Assembly: GCA_965221955.1 (NCBI GenBank)
Contig: CBDCTA010000013.1
Coordinates: forward strand, 1 to 15,473
Source of the DNA: Gammaproteobacteria bacterium
GTDB lineage: Bacteria > Pseudomonadota > Gammaproteobacteria > UBA4575
DNA length: 15,473 nucleotides
Direction of reading: 5' to 3'
A program made the translations under genes and the position numbers. Shown here in pieces: positions 7,346-15,473 of this stretch. Each line of letters starts with the position of its first letter. Within the stretch, counting starts at the first letter, position 1. Below the pieces are notes generated by a model, which did not search any database, was not told the origin of the DNA, and was given only the letters and a program-made list of their open reading frames with translations.

Positions 7346-8321
7346 CCAACCCTTGTCTTACAAACATAATCAAAATTAGCATTAGCAACGTCACGATCCA
7401 CATCAAGACATATACCTTCATTCGCTTCTTGGCCTTTTCCTTCTTCCACCAACTACGCGGGCTAATTCCTTTTATAAAAAACACTATATTACAAGCGAGA
7501 TTCACGCATACGATATTTATTGCTAATAATAAAGTTGCCCCTAATGCAAAGTTAATATTCCCATAACCCAACATAATGCCTACTGTTGCAGCTGGCGGCA
7601 GCAAGGCTACAGCAACCATCACACCTACCAATACACTTGATAAACCAGTTGTCAAAGACAATGCAGCCGCAGCACCTGAGGCTAATGCGAATGCTACAGA
7701 ATCTAACCCAACTTCAGTTCTTGAAATCAACTCTGCACTAAATGCATCGGTAGGCCACATATAACCAATAAAAATAGACATAATCACCGCTATTGCAATG
7801 CCTATTAGTGTTGTAAATATAGATTTCAGCATTAATGAAACATCACCTAATGCCGTTCCCAAACCCAAAGCAAGGTTTGGTCCCAATAAAGGCGCAATCA
7901 CCATTGCCCCGATAATGACCGCGACGTTATCTTTAATAAGACCCACTGCAGCAACGATTGTGGATAAAACCACTAACAACACAAAACCAGAATCTAAGTG
8001 AGAATTTTTTTCAACATCTTTATAAAGCGTTTCTCGAGTTGTAGTTGCAAGATCCTCATCTCTTCGCTGTTCATCTGAAAGTTTAGGAAGAGATATTTCT
8101 ATAGGCAATACTACAATTCTTTCATTCGGCTGAGTTTCTAAGGCACGCTGCAATTTATCAAGCGTGTCCTGAATTTTATTGTCAGGCACCAACAAACGCA
8201 TTTGTTGCAAACCATCTTCATCAAGGTGCCCTAGCCTGAAATCAGGCACTTCTAACTGTTGAGCAATTGCAGCTACAGTATCTACATGTCCAGCATCTGC
8301 AACAACTTCAACATATTTCAT
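7338..8321 (-). CDS. DUF389 / TIGR00341 family integral membrane protein
   Basis: Small soluble N-terminal domain followed by about 7 TM helices; motifs AVIIGAMVIAPLLGP and LVGVMVAVALLPPAA. Stop overlaps the deaD 3' end by 8 nt. Confidence 0.88.
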   Translation of the reverse strand: MKYVEVVADAGHVDTVAAIAQQLEVPDFRLGHLDEDGLQQMRLLVPDNKIQDTLDKLQRALETQPNERIVVLPIEISLPKLSDEQRRDEDLATTTRETLYKDVEKNSHLDSGFVLLVVLSTIVAAVGLIKDNVAVIIGAMVIAPLLGPNLALGLGTALGDVSLMLKSIFTTLIGIAIAVIMSIFIGYMWPTDAFSAELISRTEVGLDSVAFALASGAAAALSLTTGLSSVLVGVMVAVALLPPAATVGIMLGYGNINFALGATLLLAINIVCVNLACNIVFFIKGISPRSWWKKEKAKKRMKVYVLMWIVTLLMLILIMFVRQGLVT

Positions 8322-8329
8322 AGCAAGTA

Positions 8330-8345
8330 ATCAAAATATTTTGAT
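8330..8345. repeat. Perfect 16-bp palindrome just upstream of the DUF389 start codon
   Basis: ATCAAAATATTTTGAT equals its own reverse complement and ends 8 nt before the - strand ATG at 8321. Confidence 0.5.
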
Positions 8346-8369
8346 CAGGAAGTTTCGAATTGTGAAATG

Positions 8370-8813
8370 CTAATCTTTGTTAATCACATAATTAAGAATT
8401 TCAACGACTTGATCAGGGGTTCGCGCCCATGCCATTGCAGCCGCATCAACTTCTTTTAAAGGATGAATAATGTTTTCATCATGTAAAGTTATATATGGCT
8501 TACCAAGAGCAGCACAACAACCTGCATCAAATGCAGCATTCCATTGCTTATATTTATCACCAAAACGCACCACTGCTACATCGCATTTTTCGATTAGTGT
8601 TTTAGTGCGGATGCTGTTTACTTTTGATGATTTATGGTCTCGCCAAAAGTTATTATCCTCTTGCCCAAGCAAATCACCCGCAGCATCACTTGCTTCATGG
8701 TCTGTTACAGCAGAAGTGAATGTTACGGGTAAACCATTTTGTTTCGCCCCAGCTTGTATCTGCTCTCTCCAGTCAGTATGGATCTCTCCTGATAAATATA
8801 TATTCCAATTCAT
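8370..8813 (-). CDS. ytoQ: YtoQ family protein (nucleoside 2-deoxyribosyltransferase-like fold)
   Basis: Family motifs YLSGEIHTDWR, RFGDKYKQWNAAFDAG and HPLKEVDAAA. Confidence 0.88.
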   Translation of the reverse strand: MNWNIYLSGEIHTDWREQIQAGAKQNGLPVTFTSAVTDHEASDAAGDLLGQEDNNFWRDHKSSKVNSIRTKTLIEKCDVAVVRFGDKYKQWNAAFDAGCCAALGKPYITLHDENIIHPLKEVDAAAMAWARTPDQVVEILNYVINKD

Positions 8814-8842
8814 AGTAGTTATTCAAAAAATATTTGATTAGA

Positions 8843-9310
8843 TTAATGAACATGTCCGTGAGCGATTTCATCTTCGGTCGCCTCACGTACGTTGACGATA
8901 TTAATGTCAAAATTCAATTCAACACCTGCTAATGGATGGTTTCCATCAATAGTAACTTGATCGCCCTCAACTTTTTTAACAACTATCCGTTGTGGACCAT
9001 TTGGTCCTTGAGCTTCAAACATCATTCCTGCTTCCAAAGTTTCTACATCTTGAAAAGCAGCTTTATCAATGGTTTGAATTAACTCTTGCAATACTTCTCC
9101 GTAACCCTCTTCTGGAGCAACTTTCACAGTAATCGTGTCCTGCTCAACCTTTCCGATTAAAGCCTTCTCTAATCCGGGAATAATATTTCCTGCGCCGTGT
9201 AAATAAGTAAGTGGCTCCATTCCTTCAGAACTATCTATTACATTTCCATCATTATCAGTAAGTTTATAGTGCATGCTCACCACTGAATTCTCGCCAATTA
9301 ATAACGACAT
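8843..9310 (-). CDS. slyD: FKBP-type peptidyl-prolyl cis-trans isomerase SlyD
   Basis: PLTYLHGAGNIIPGLEKAL, PEEGYG, IDGNHPLAGVELNF and REATEDEIAHGHVH; AGGA Shine-Dalgarno upstream. Confidence 0.93.
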   Translation of the reverse strand: MSLLIGENSVVSMHYKLTDNDGNVIDSSEGMEPLTYLHGAGNIIPGLEKALIGKVEQDTITVKVAPEEGYGEVLQELIQTIDKAAFQDVETLEAGMMFEAQGPNGPQRIVVKKVEGDQVTIDGNHPLAGVELNFDINIVNVREATEDEIAHGHVH

Positions 9311-9367
9311 ATCGGTTCCTAATTATTTAAAAAGATTGTCATCTTACACATGATGTATAGCATTACA

Positions 9368-10051
9368 CTATCTAATAATTGCTAGCCACCTCCACAAACT
9401 CAAAACATCAGCCAATGCGGCCGCTACGTAAGTTAAGGCACAGGCTTTTAGCACCTGGCGAATAGCAGGCATATGCTTTATTGGTATCAGATTATCGTGC
9501 TCAAGCATGGGTAAGGCTTTATTAAAACTCGCATCCCATTCTTCTGGCAGTATGGCTACATACATAGACACTGAAGCCAGCATCGTAATGACTCCAATAA
9601 TTGCTGTGAGAAAAGCGATATATGGAACACGAAATATTAAAGTAACAATAGGAATGCTAATTAAAATAAAAATACCTATTTGGCGTATCTGATGTGCTTT
9701 ATTTAAATATTTTCCACGCAACCGACTTACTGGTTCGTTTCGATTAAATTGAATTGCATGTCCTACTTCATGTGCAGCAACAGCCACTGCTGATAATGAC
9801 TTACCTGTATACACTTCAGGGCTAAGACAAACAGTGTTGGAAGAAGGGTTATAATGGTCATTCTCTTTTAAACCTTTTACCAGTTCTACCTCATTAAGCT
9901 CATACTTCTCCAGCAAATATGAAGCCAGTTCGCCACCTGTACCGGGCATATTTTCAATATGTTCATGATGTTTTTTAAGCACATAGCGCACCCAGATTTG
10001 TGGCGCATAGATAACGATTACAAACGCAATAATGACGAAAGCATATAGCAT
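9368..10051 (-). CDS. Membrane zinc metallopeptidase, YugP / Zn_peptidase_2 family
   Basis: DHYNP, AVAAHEVGHAIQ (HExxH), LPEEWDAS and VLKACALTYVAAAL; TM segments at the N-terminus and centre. Confidence 0.9.
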   Translation of the reverse strand: MLYAFVIIAFVIVIYAPQIWVRYVLKKHHEHIENMPGTGGELASYLLEKYELNEVELVKGLKENDHYNPSSNTVCLSPEVYTGKSLSAVAVAAHEVGHAIQFNRNEPVSRLRGKYLNKAHQIRQIGIFILISIPIVTLIFRVPYIAFLTAIIGVITMLASVSMYVAILPEEWDASFNKALPMLEHDNLIPIKHMPAIRQVLKACALTYVAAALADVLSLWRWLAIIR

Positions 10052-10069
10052 AGGTCGCTTACAAATAAC

Positions 10070-10150
10070 TTAGAAAAATAATCCATACATTGAATAGAAT
10101 GAAACCAACAAACCAAGTCCTAAAAGTAATATTAAGCTTAGCTTTTTCAT
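10070..10150 (-). CDS. Candidate 26-aa single-pass membrane peptide (not in the ORF track)
   Basis: ATG 10150-10148 to TAA 10072-10070: MKKLSLILLLGLGLLVSFYSMYGLFF. Wholly intergenic and co-oriented with its neighbours, but no clear Shine-Dalgarno. Confidence 0.4.
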   Translation of the reverse strand: MKKLSLILLLGLGLLVSFYSMYGLFF

Positions 10151-10161
10151 GAAGTACAATA

Positions 10162-10186
10162 TATTTATCAGGCGTGTAGATAAATA
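10162..10186. other. AT-rich inverted repeat downstream of lpdA (weak terminator-like hairpin or operator)
   Basis: TATTTATC-AGGCGTGTA-GATAAATA, 8-bp arms. No GC-rich stem and no clean U-tract. Confidence 0.25.
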
Positions 10187-10241
10187 AATAAGGCAAAGTT
10201 CAGCTTGATAACTATAAAATCATTAAAAATCTTATAAAAAA

Positions 10242-11660
10242 TTATATGTGTATTGCACGCTCGTCTACTGCGAGCGCAGCTTCGTGCATGCCTTCTGCAA
10301 GGGTTGGATGGGCATGAATCGTACGCGCCAAGTCTTCTGTTGAAAGCTCAGACTCCATTGCAACAACAGCTTCTGAAATCAGCTCAGATGCATTTGGCCC
10401 AAGAATATGGACACCAAGGATTTGATCTGTTTCTTGATCAGAAATAATTTTAAACAACCCTTCTGTATCGCCCATCGCACGTGCCCGACCTAATGCCATA
10501 AAGGGGAATGTTCCAACGCGATATTTAATATTTGCTTGTTTACATTCTTGCTCAGTTTTGCCTGCCCATGCAAACTCAGGCCAAGTGTAAATTACCCAAG
10601 GAATGTTGTCGTGATTCATTTCAGCATATTGACCCGCTAACAGCTCTGCTACAGCAATACCTTCTTCCGAGCCTTTATGTGCAAGCATTGCACCCCCGAT
10701 AACATCTCCAATTGCATAAATGTTAGGTGTAGAAGTTTTCCATTGATTATCAGTTGTTACGAATCCTTTTTCGTCTGTTTTAACTTTTGCGGCATCTAGA
10801 TTCAAACGTGTTGTATTAGGTTTACGGCCCACTGCAACAATTAACTTATCTACTTCTAATGATTTTTCTTCACCTTTTGACTCGTACTTAACTAGCGCTT
10901 TATGTGCGCTGACATTTACTTCTTTAACTAAACTATCTAAACGGATATCTAAGCCTTGTTTTGTTAGCATCTTTTGTGCTTCTTTCGCAGTCGTTTGATC
11001 TGCGCTTGGCAGAAAACTAGACAACGCCTCTAAAATAACTACTTCCGAACCCAGGCGCTTCCACACACTCCCCATTTCTAAACCAATTACACCTGCCCCA
11101 ATAATACCTAGGCGTTTTGGGGCTTCTTGCAAATTCAATGCACCGGTAGAATCTAGAATGGTTTCTTGATCTATCTTTGCAATAGGAATATCAATCGGAA
11201 CTGAACCACTTGCGATGACAATCTGTTTTGCTTGCAATTCTTCTGAGGTACCGACTGAATTATTTCTGACGTTGACTGAAGTTTCCGAAATAAAACTCGC
11301 AGTGCCAACGATCACTTCTACTTTATTTTTTTTCAATAGGCTTGCAACACCACCAGTAAGCACCTGAACAACTTTATCTTTACGCTTTTGCATGGTGGGT
11401 ACATCTACCTCTACCTTGCTAAGCTTAATACCATGATCTTTAGCCTGTTCATTTAGAAAATGTACATGGTGACTAGAATCAAGCAATGCTTTTGATGGAA
11501 TACAGCCTACATTTAAGCATGTACCCCCTAATGTTGATTTGCCTTTCGAATTTACCCATTCATCTATACAGGCCACTTTCATGCCGAGTTGTGCACAACG
11601 AATTGCACATACATAACCTGCCGGTCCTGCACCGATAATGACTACATCAAACTTTTTCAT
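10242..11660 (-). CDS. lpdA: Dihydrolipoamide dehydrogenase (E3)
   Basis: FAD-binding IGAGPAGY, redox disulfide GGTCLNVGCIPSK, NAD-binding IGAGVIGLE and active-site HAHPTLAE; 7 nt downstream of sucB. Confidence 0.97.
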   Translation of the reverse strand: MKKFDVVIIGAGPAGYVCAIRCAQLGMKVACIDEWVNSKGKSTLGGTCLNVGCIPSKALLDSSHHVHFLNEQAKDHGIKLSKVEVDVPTMQKRKDKVVQVLTGGVASLLKKNKVEVIVGTASFISETSVNVRNNSVGTSEELQAKQIVIASGSVPIDIPIAKIDQETILDSTGALNLQEAPKRLGIIGAGVIGLEMGSVWKRLGSEVVILEALSSFLPSADQTTAKEAQKMLTKQGLDIRLDSLVKEVNVSAHKALVKYESKGEEKSLEVDKLIVAVGRKPNTTRLNLDAAKVKTDEKGFVTTDNQWKTSTPNIYAIGDVIGGAMLAHKGSEEGIAVAELLAGQYAEMNHDNIPWVIYTWPEFAWAGKTEQECKQANIKYRVGTFPFMALGRARAMGDTEGLFKIISDQETDQILGVHILGPNASELISEAVVAMESELSTEDLARTIHAHPTLAEGMHEAALAVDERAIHI

Positions 11661-11667
11661 GATTAGT

Positions 11668-12984
11668 TCAGACTTGCAGTAAAAGCCTATTTGGGTCTTC
11701 TATAATGCTTTTAACATGACCCAAAAACTGTACAGCCTCTTTACCATCAATAATGCGATGGTCATAACTCAATGCTAAATACATCATTGGCGCAATAACC
11801 ACTTCTCCATTTTGCGCGATTGGACGTGCTTGAATAGAGTGCATACCTAAAATTGCACTTTGAGGCGGATTAATAATAGGTGTAGACATCATTGAGCCAA
11901 ACACACCGCCATTAGAAATGGTAAATGTGCCACCTGTTAATTCTTCTATCGTTATTTTATTCTCCTGCGCACGCATAGCCATATCATTTATCGCTTTTTC
12001 TATGTCTGCGAAAGACAAACTATCTGCATCACGTACTATTGGAACAATTAATCCTCTTTGCGTGCTCACCGCAACACCGATATCAAAATAATCGTGATAA
12101 ATGATATCAGTATCTTCGATCGATGCATTGATGAGTGGAAACTCTTTTAAGGCTTCTACAGTAGCTTTAACAAAGAACGACATAAATCCAAGCTTTACTC
12201 CATGTGCTTCCTCAAAGCTCTCTTTATAACGCTTACGCAAATCCATAATATTTTGCATATTGACCTCGGTAAAGGTCGTTAACATTGCGCTTTCATGCTG
12301 CGATTGCACCAAACGTTTAGATATGCTCTTACGCAAAGCTGTCATAGGAACACGCTTATCTTCACGCGTACTCGAAATTAAATTTGGTACAAATTGAGGT
12401 GCGGTCATAATCTCAGTGGCAGAATCTAGCTCACTTGCTGTAGCAGGTTCAGTTGAATCAATTACCGCTTCGATATCTTTTTTGGTTACACGCCCATCCT
12501 TACCTGTCCCATGAATCGTGCTTATATCGATATTATTTTCTGCTGCAAGTTTTCTTACAGCTGGACTGGTTTTAGATACACTAGTATTTGTTACTTGCTC
12601 AGAATTTGGAGCTTGACTTGGCGCAACATTAATTTCAGGTTTTATTTGCGAAACTGTATTCACGCTTGTTACTGCAGAAATAGATTCTGAAACACTTGAT
12701 CTTTCCTGATCAGATTCTTCATTAGCTGAAGCTTTTGTACCTTTTTTACTGGTATTGATTACTGCAATTACTTCATTACTTTGTACATGTTCGTTTTTAT
12801 GTTTAGTTATGGAAGCAAGCTCTCCAGTTTGTGGGGCAGTAATTTCTAAAATAACTTTATCCGTTTCCACATCAACCAATTGCTCCCCTTCTTCCACGAA
12901 ATCACCAGGTTTTTTCAACCAATCACCCATTATGGCTTCTGTCACTGATTCCGCTAATTCAGGAATCGTTACATCTACTTTCAT
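11668..12984 (-). CDS. sucB: 2-oxoglutarate dehydrogenase E2, dihydrolipoyllysine succinyltransferase
   Basis: Lipoyl domain (VETDKV), peripheral subunit-binding domain ([20 protein letters not shown]) and catalytic GTFTISNGG and YDHRIIDG; GAGG Shine-Dalgarno. Confidence 0.97.
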   Translation of the reverse strand: MKVDVTIPELAESVTEAIMGDWLKKPGDFVEEGEQLVDVETDKVILEITAPQTGELASITKHKNEHVQSNEVIAVINTSKKGTKASANEESDQERSSVSESISAVTSVNTVSQIKPEINVAPSQAPNSEQVTNTSVSKTSPAVRKLAAENNIDISTIHGTGKDGRVTKKDIEAVIDSTEPATASELDSATEIMTAPQFVPNLISSTREDKRVPMTALRKSISKRLVQSQHESAMLTTFTEVNMQNIMDLRKRYKESFEEAHGVKLGFMSFFVKATVEALKEFPLINASIEDTDIIYHDYFDIGVAVSTQRGLIVPIVRDADSLSFADIEKAINDMAMRAQENKITIEELTGGTFTISNGGVFGSMMSTPIINPPQSAILGMHSIQARPIAQNGEVVIAPMMYLALSYDHRIIDGKEAVQFLGHVKSIIEDPNRLLLQV

Positions 12985-13011
12985 GACAATACCTCAGTTT
13001 TCATGAATATG

Positions 13012-15473
13012 TTATACGGCACGAAGCGGTGGCCTTGACACCTGCTCTCGCAAGCCCAATGCATCTTCGATTAAAGCTTGTTGTTGTTCTCTATGGATAT
13101 GCAATGAACCTGCTGCTGGTGACGCAGAGTACGTTCTACCTGCATATCTCAAGTTATGATCTTCACGTATACAAGCTTTCATATTACGCCTAGATTGTAT
13201 AAAGAACCATGCACCTTGATTACGCGGCTCTTCTTGACACCATACCAATTCGCGCACACCGGAATATTTATTAATGATCTGTTTAACTTCATCTTGCGGG
13301 AATGGATATAATTGCTCAATTCGCACAATAGCAGTGTTATTAATTTTATGCATACTGCGCGCTTTAACTAACTCATAGTAAAGCTTACCAGCACAGAAGA
13401 TAATCCTTTTTACTTCAGCCGGATTCATATCGGTAACTTCGTCTAATACATTATTAAATTGGCCTTCAGTAAATTCATGCATAGGTGACGAAGCAATAGG
13501 ATCACGCAATATATTTTTCGGCGTCATCACGATTAAAGGTTTACGATAAGGACGTAACATTTGTCGACGCAACATATGAAAAATTTGCGAAGGTGAGCTT
13601 GGCATGCACACTTGCATATTATCTTCTGCACAAAGTTGCAAATAGCGCTCTAATCGAGCAGAAGAATGCTCGGGCCCTTGACCATCATAACCATGTGGCA
13701 ACAACATTACTAAACCGCAATAACGTTGCCATTTCGCTTCGGATGAACTTAAAAATTGATCCACATACATTTGCGCATTATTCGCAAAATCACCAAACTG
13801 AGCTTCCCAAATTACTAAAGTCTCAGGATCTGCAGTGCTATACCCTACTTCATAACCCAACACAGCTTCTTCAGATAACAATGAATTAATCGGTAAGAAT
13901 AATGGCTGATCCTTAGCAATATGACGTAAAGGAACATAGGTTTCCCCTGTGGTTTGGTCATGGAACCCCGCATGCCGATGAAAAAAAGTACCTCGCACAC
14001 AATCTTGACCAGATAGGCGTACAGAAAAACCGTCTTCAAGTAATGAAGCATAGGCTAAGGTTTCACCAAATCCCCAATCTGCATTTAATTCGTCATTACC
14101 CATTTTAATTCGTGCATCGACAATTTTCTGCACAGTGCGATGCAAATTAAAACCTTTAGGTATCGTTGTGAATTTCTTGGTTAAATCTTTAACACGTTTA
14201 GTTGTGATTTTCGTATTCGCTTTATCACGCCAATGTGTACCAATATAAGATTTATAATCGACCACGTACTTACGATTAATTTTCTTGGCTATTGGTCCAC
14301 AAACACGTTCACCTCTTTGCAATTTATTTAAATACTTAGTTTCTAAGGCCTTAACACGTGATGGTGTAATTGTTTTATTACGCACTAAACGATTAGCGTA
14401 CACTTTTCGAACGCCTTCTTTATGACGTATTGCTTGATACATGAGTGGTTGTGTTACAGATGGTTCATCTGCTTCATTATGTCCATGTTGGCGATAACAA
14501 ATCATATCGATCACCACATCACGCTTGAACTTCATACGAAAATCCACTGCGAGTTTAGAAACATAGGCAACTGCTTCAGGGTCATCGCCATTCACATGAA
14601 ATATTGGCGCTTGAACCATTTTAGCAACATCTGTGCAATATAACGTTGAACGTGAATCTAGTGGGTCACTAGTGGTAAAACCGATTTGATTATTCACCAC
14701 AACATGAATGCTCCCTCCGGTAGTGTATCCACGTGTCTTAGAAAGATTGAGTGTTTCCATGACTACACCTTGCCCCGCAAATGCTGCATCACCATGAATC
14801 AATAATGGCATCGCATCGACACGCTCATTATCTTTACGTCTTTCTTGTCTAGCACGTACCGACCCTTCTACCACAGGGTTGATTGCTTCCAGGTGCGAAG
14901 GATTGAAAGCAAGTACTGTGTGTACTGGCGCATGGTCAGTTTTTAAATTTGACGAGAAACCTTTATGGTATTTCACATCGCCCGAACCTGAAGCTGGATC
15001 AAGTGTGTCTTCAAACTCTTGGAAAAGTTTTTCAGGACTTTTTCCCAAAATATTTACCAGTACATTTAATCTACCTCGATGAGCCATTCCCATAATGACT
15101 TCACTCACTTTATGAAACCCACAACGCCGAATAATTTCATCAATACTTACAATTAAACTCAAACCACCTTCTAATGAAAAGCGTTTTTGACCCACATATT
15201 TTTTATGCAGGTATACTTCAAGTGATTTTGCGGCGATGAGTGTTTCTAAAATTGTACGCTTGCGCTTATCCGATAAACCACTTGAAAGATAAAATTGTTC
15301 TAAACGTTGCTGAATCCATTCTTTTTGTTCAGGTGAAGTTATATGCTTGAATTCAGAACCAATCGTTCCACAGTATGTGACAGAAAGCATATTGATAATT
15401 TCACGTAATGGCGCTTTTTTGATACCCCCCAGTGAACCAGTTTCAAAAACCGTTTCCATATCTGCATGGGTTA
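13012..15473 (-). CDS. sucA: 2-oxoglutarate dehydrogenase E1 component, 5'-truncated by the window edge
   Basis: GQKRFSLEG, GMAHRGRLN, ThDP motif HGDAAFAGQG, WEAQFGDF and GPEHSSARLER. The frame stays open to base 15473 (..THAD-METVF), so the Met at 15459 is internal. Confidence 0.97.
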   Translation of the reverse strand, partial: THADMETVFETGSLGGIKKAPLREIINMLSVTYCGTIGSEFKHITSPEQKEWIQQRLEQFYLSSGLSDKRKRTILETLIAAKSLEVYLHKKYVGQKRFSLEGGLSLIVSIDEIIRRCGFHKVSEVIMGMAHRGRLNVLVNILGKSPEKLFQEFEDTLDPASGSGDVKYHKGFSSNLKTDHAPVHTVLAFNPSHLEAINPVVEGSVRARQERRKDNERVDAMPLLIHGDAAFAGQGVVMETLNLSKTRGYTTGGSIHVVVNNQIGFTTSDPLDSRSTLYCTDVAKMVQAPIFHVNGDDPEAVAYVSKLAVDFRMKFKRDVVIDMICYRQHGHNEADEPSVTQPLMYQAIRHKEGVRKVYANRLVRNKTITPSRVKALETKYLNKLQRGERVCGPIAKKINRKYVVDYKSYIGTHWRDKANTKITTKRVKDLTKKFTTIPKGFNLHRTVQKIVDARIKMGNDELNADWGFGETLAYASLLEDGFSVRLSGQDCVRGTFFHRHAGFHDQTTGETYVPLRHIAKDQPLFLPINSLLSEEAVLGYEVGYSTADPETLVIWEAQFGDFANNAQMYVDQFLSSSEAKWQRYCGLVMLLPHGYDGQGPEHSSARLERYLQLCAEDNMQVCMPSSPSQIFHMLRRQMLRPYRKPLIVMTPKNILRDPIASSPMHEFTEGQFNNVLDEVTDMNPAEVKRIIFCAGKLYYELVKARSMHKINNTAIVRIEQLYPFPQDEVKQIINKYSGVRELVWCQEEPRNQGAWFFIQSRRNMKACIREDHNLRYAGRTYSASPAAGSLHIHREQQQALIEDALGLREQVSRPPLRAV

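Noticed and set aside
6022-8841. Short ORFs antisense to deaD, DUF389 and ytoQ (6022-6252, 6592-6789, 7168-7452, 7576-7764, 7798-8001, 8470-8841)
   Set aside because: Shadow or alternative frames of conserved genes, with no independent coding evidence.
9507-15082. Short alternative-frame or antisense ORFs within the peptidase, lpdA, sucB and sucA genes
   Set aside because: Overlap strongly conserved genes and show no motifs.
15457-15459. ATG given as the sucA start in the ORF track
   Set aside because: The frame is open to the window edge and the conserved SucA N-terminal region is missing, so the true start lies outside the window.
10242-15473. Functional link between sucAB-lpdA (2-oxoglutarate/glutamate pool) and the glutamate-ligase cluster
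   Set aside because: Opposite strands, about 5 kb apart with unrelated genes between; proximity alone is not evidence.

Overview
AT-rich bacterial chromosomal window, Gammaproteobacteria-like judging from the DeaD/SucAB/LpdA sequences; no rRNA, tRNA, CRISPR or mobile element seen. Left to right: a partial lipoprotein gene and a DoxX gene (-); a divergent four-gene + strand cluster (exported retropepsin-like RimB-type protease, inactive transglutaminase fused to a multi-TM domain, RimK-related ATP-grasp ligase, exported M14/AstE-AspA carboxypeptidase with a Glu/Pro-rich linker); deaD (+); then a - strand run transcribed as sucA (5'-truncated by the window)-sucB-lpdA, a possible 26-aa membrane peptide, a YugP-like Zn peptidase, slyD, a YtoQ-family gene and a DUF389 membrane protein. 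The most interesting element is the 815-5264 cluster. Its topology (cytoplasmic ligase, membrane protein with PgsC/CapC-like helices, two exported peptidases) suggests a make-export-trim system for a glutamate-rich peptide or polymer. Family assignments come from motif recognition only; no searches were run.
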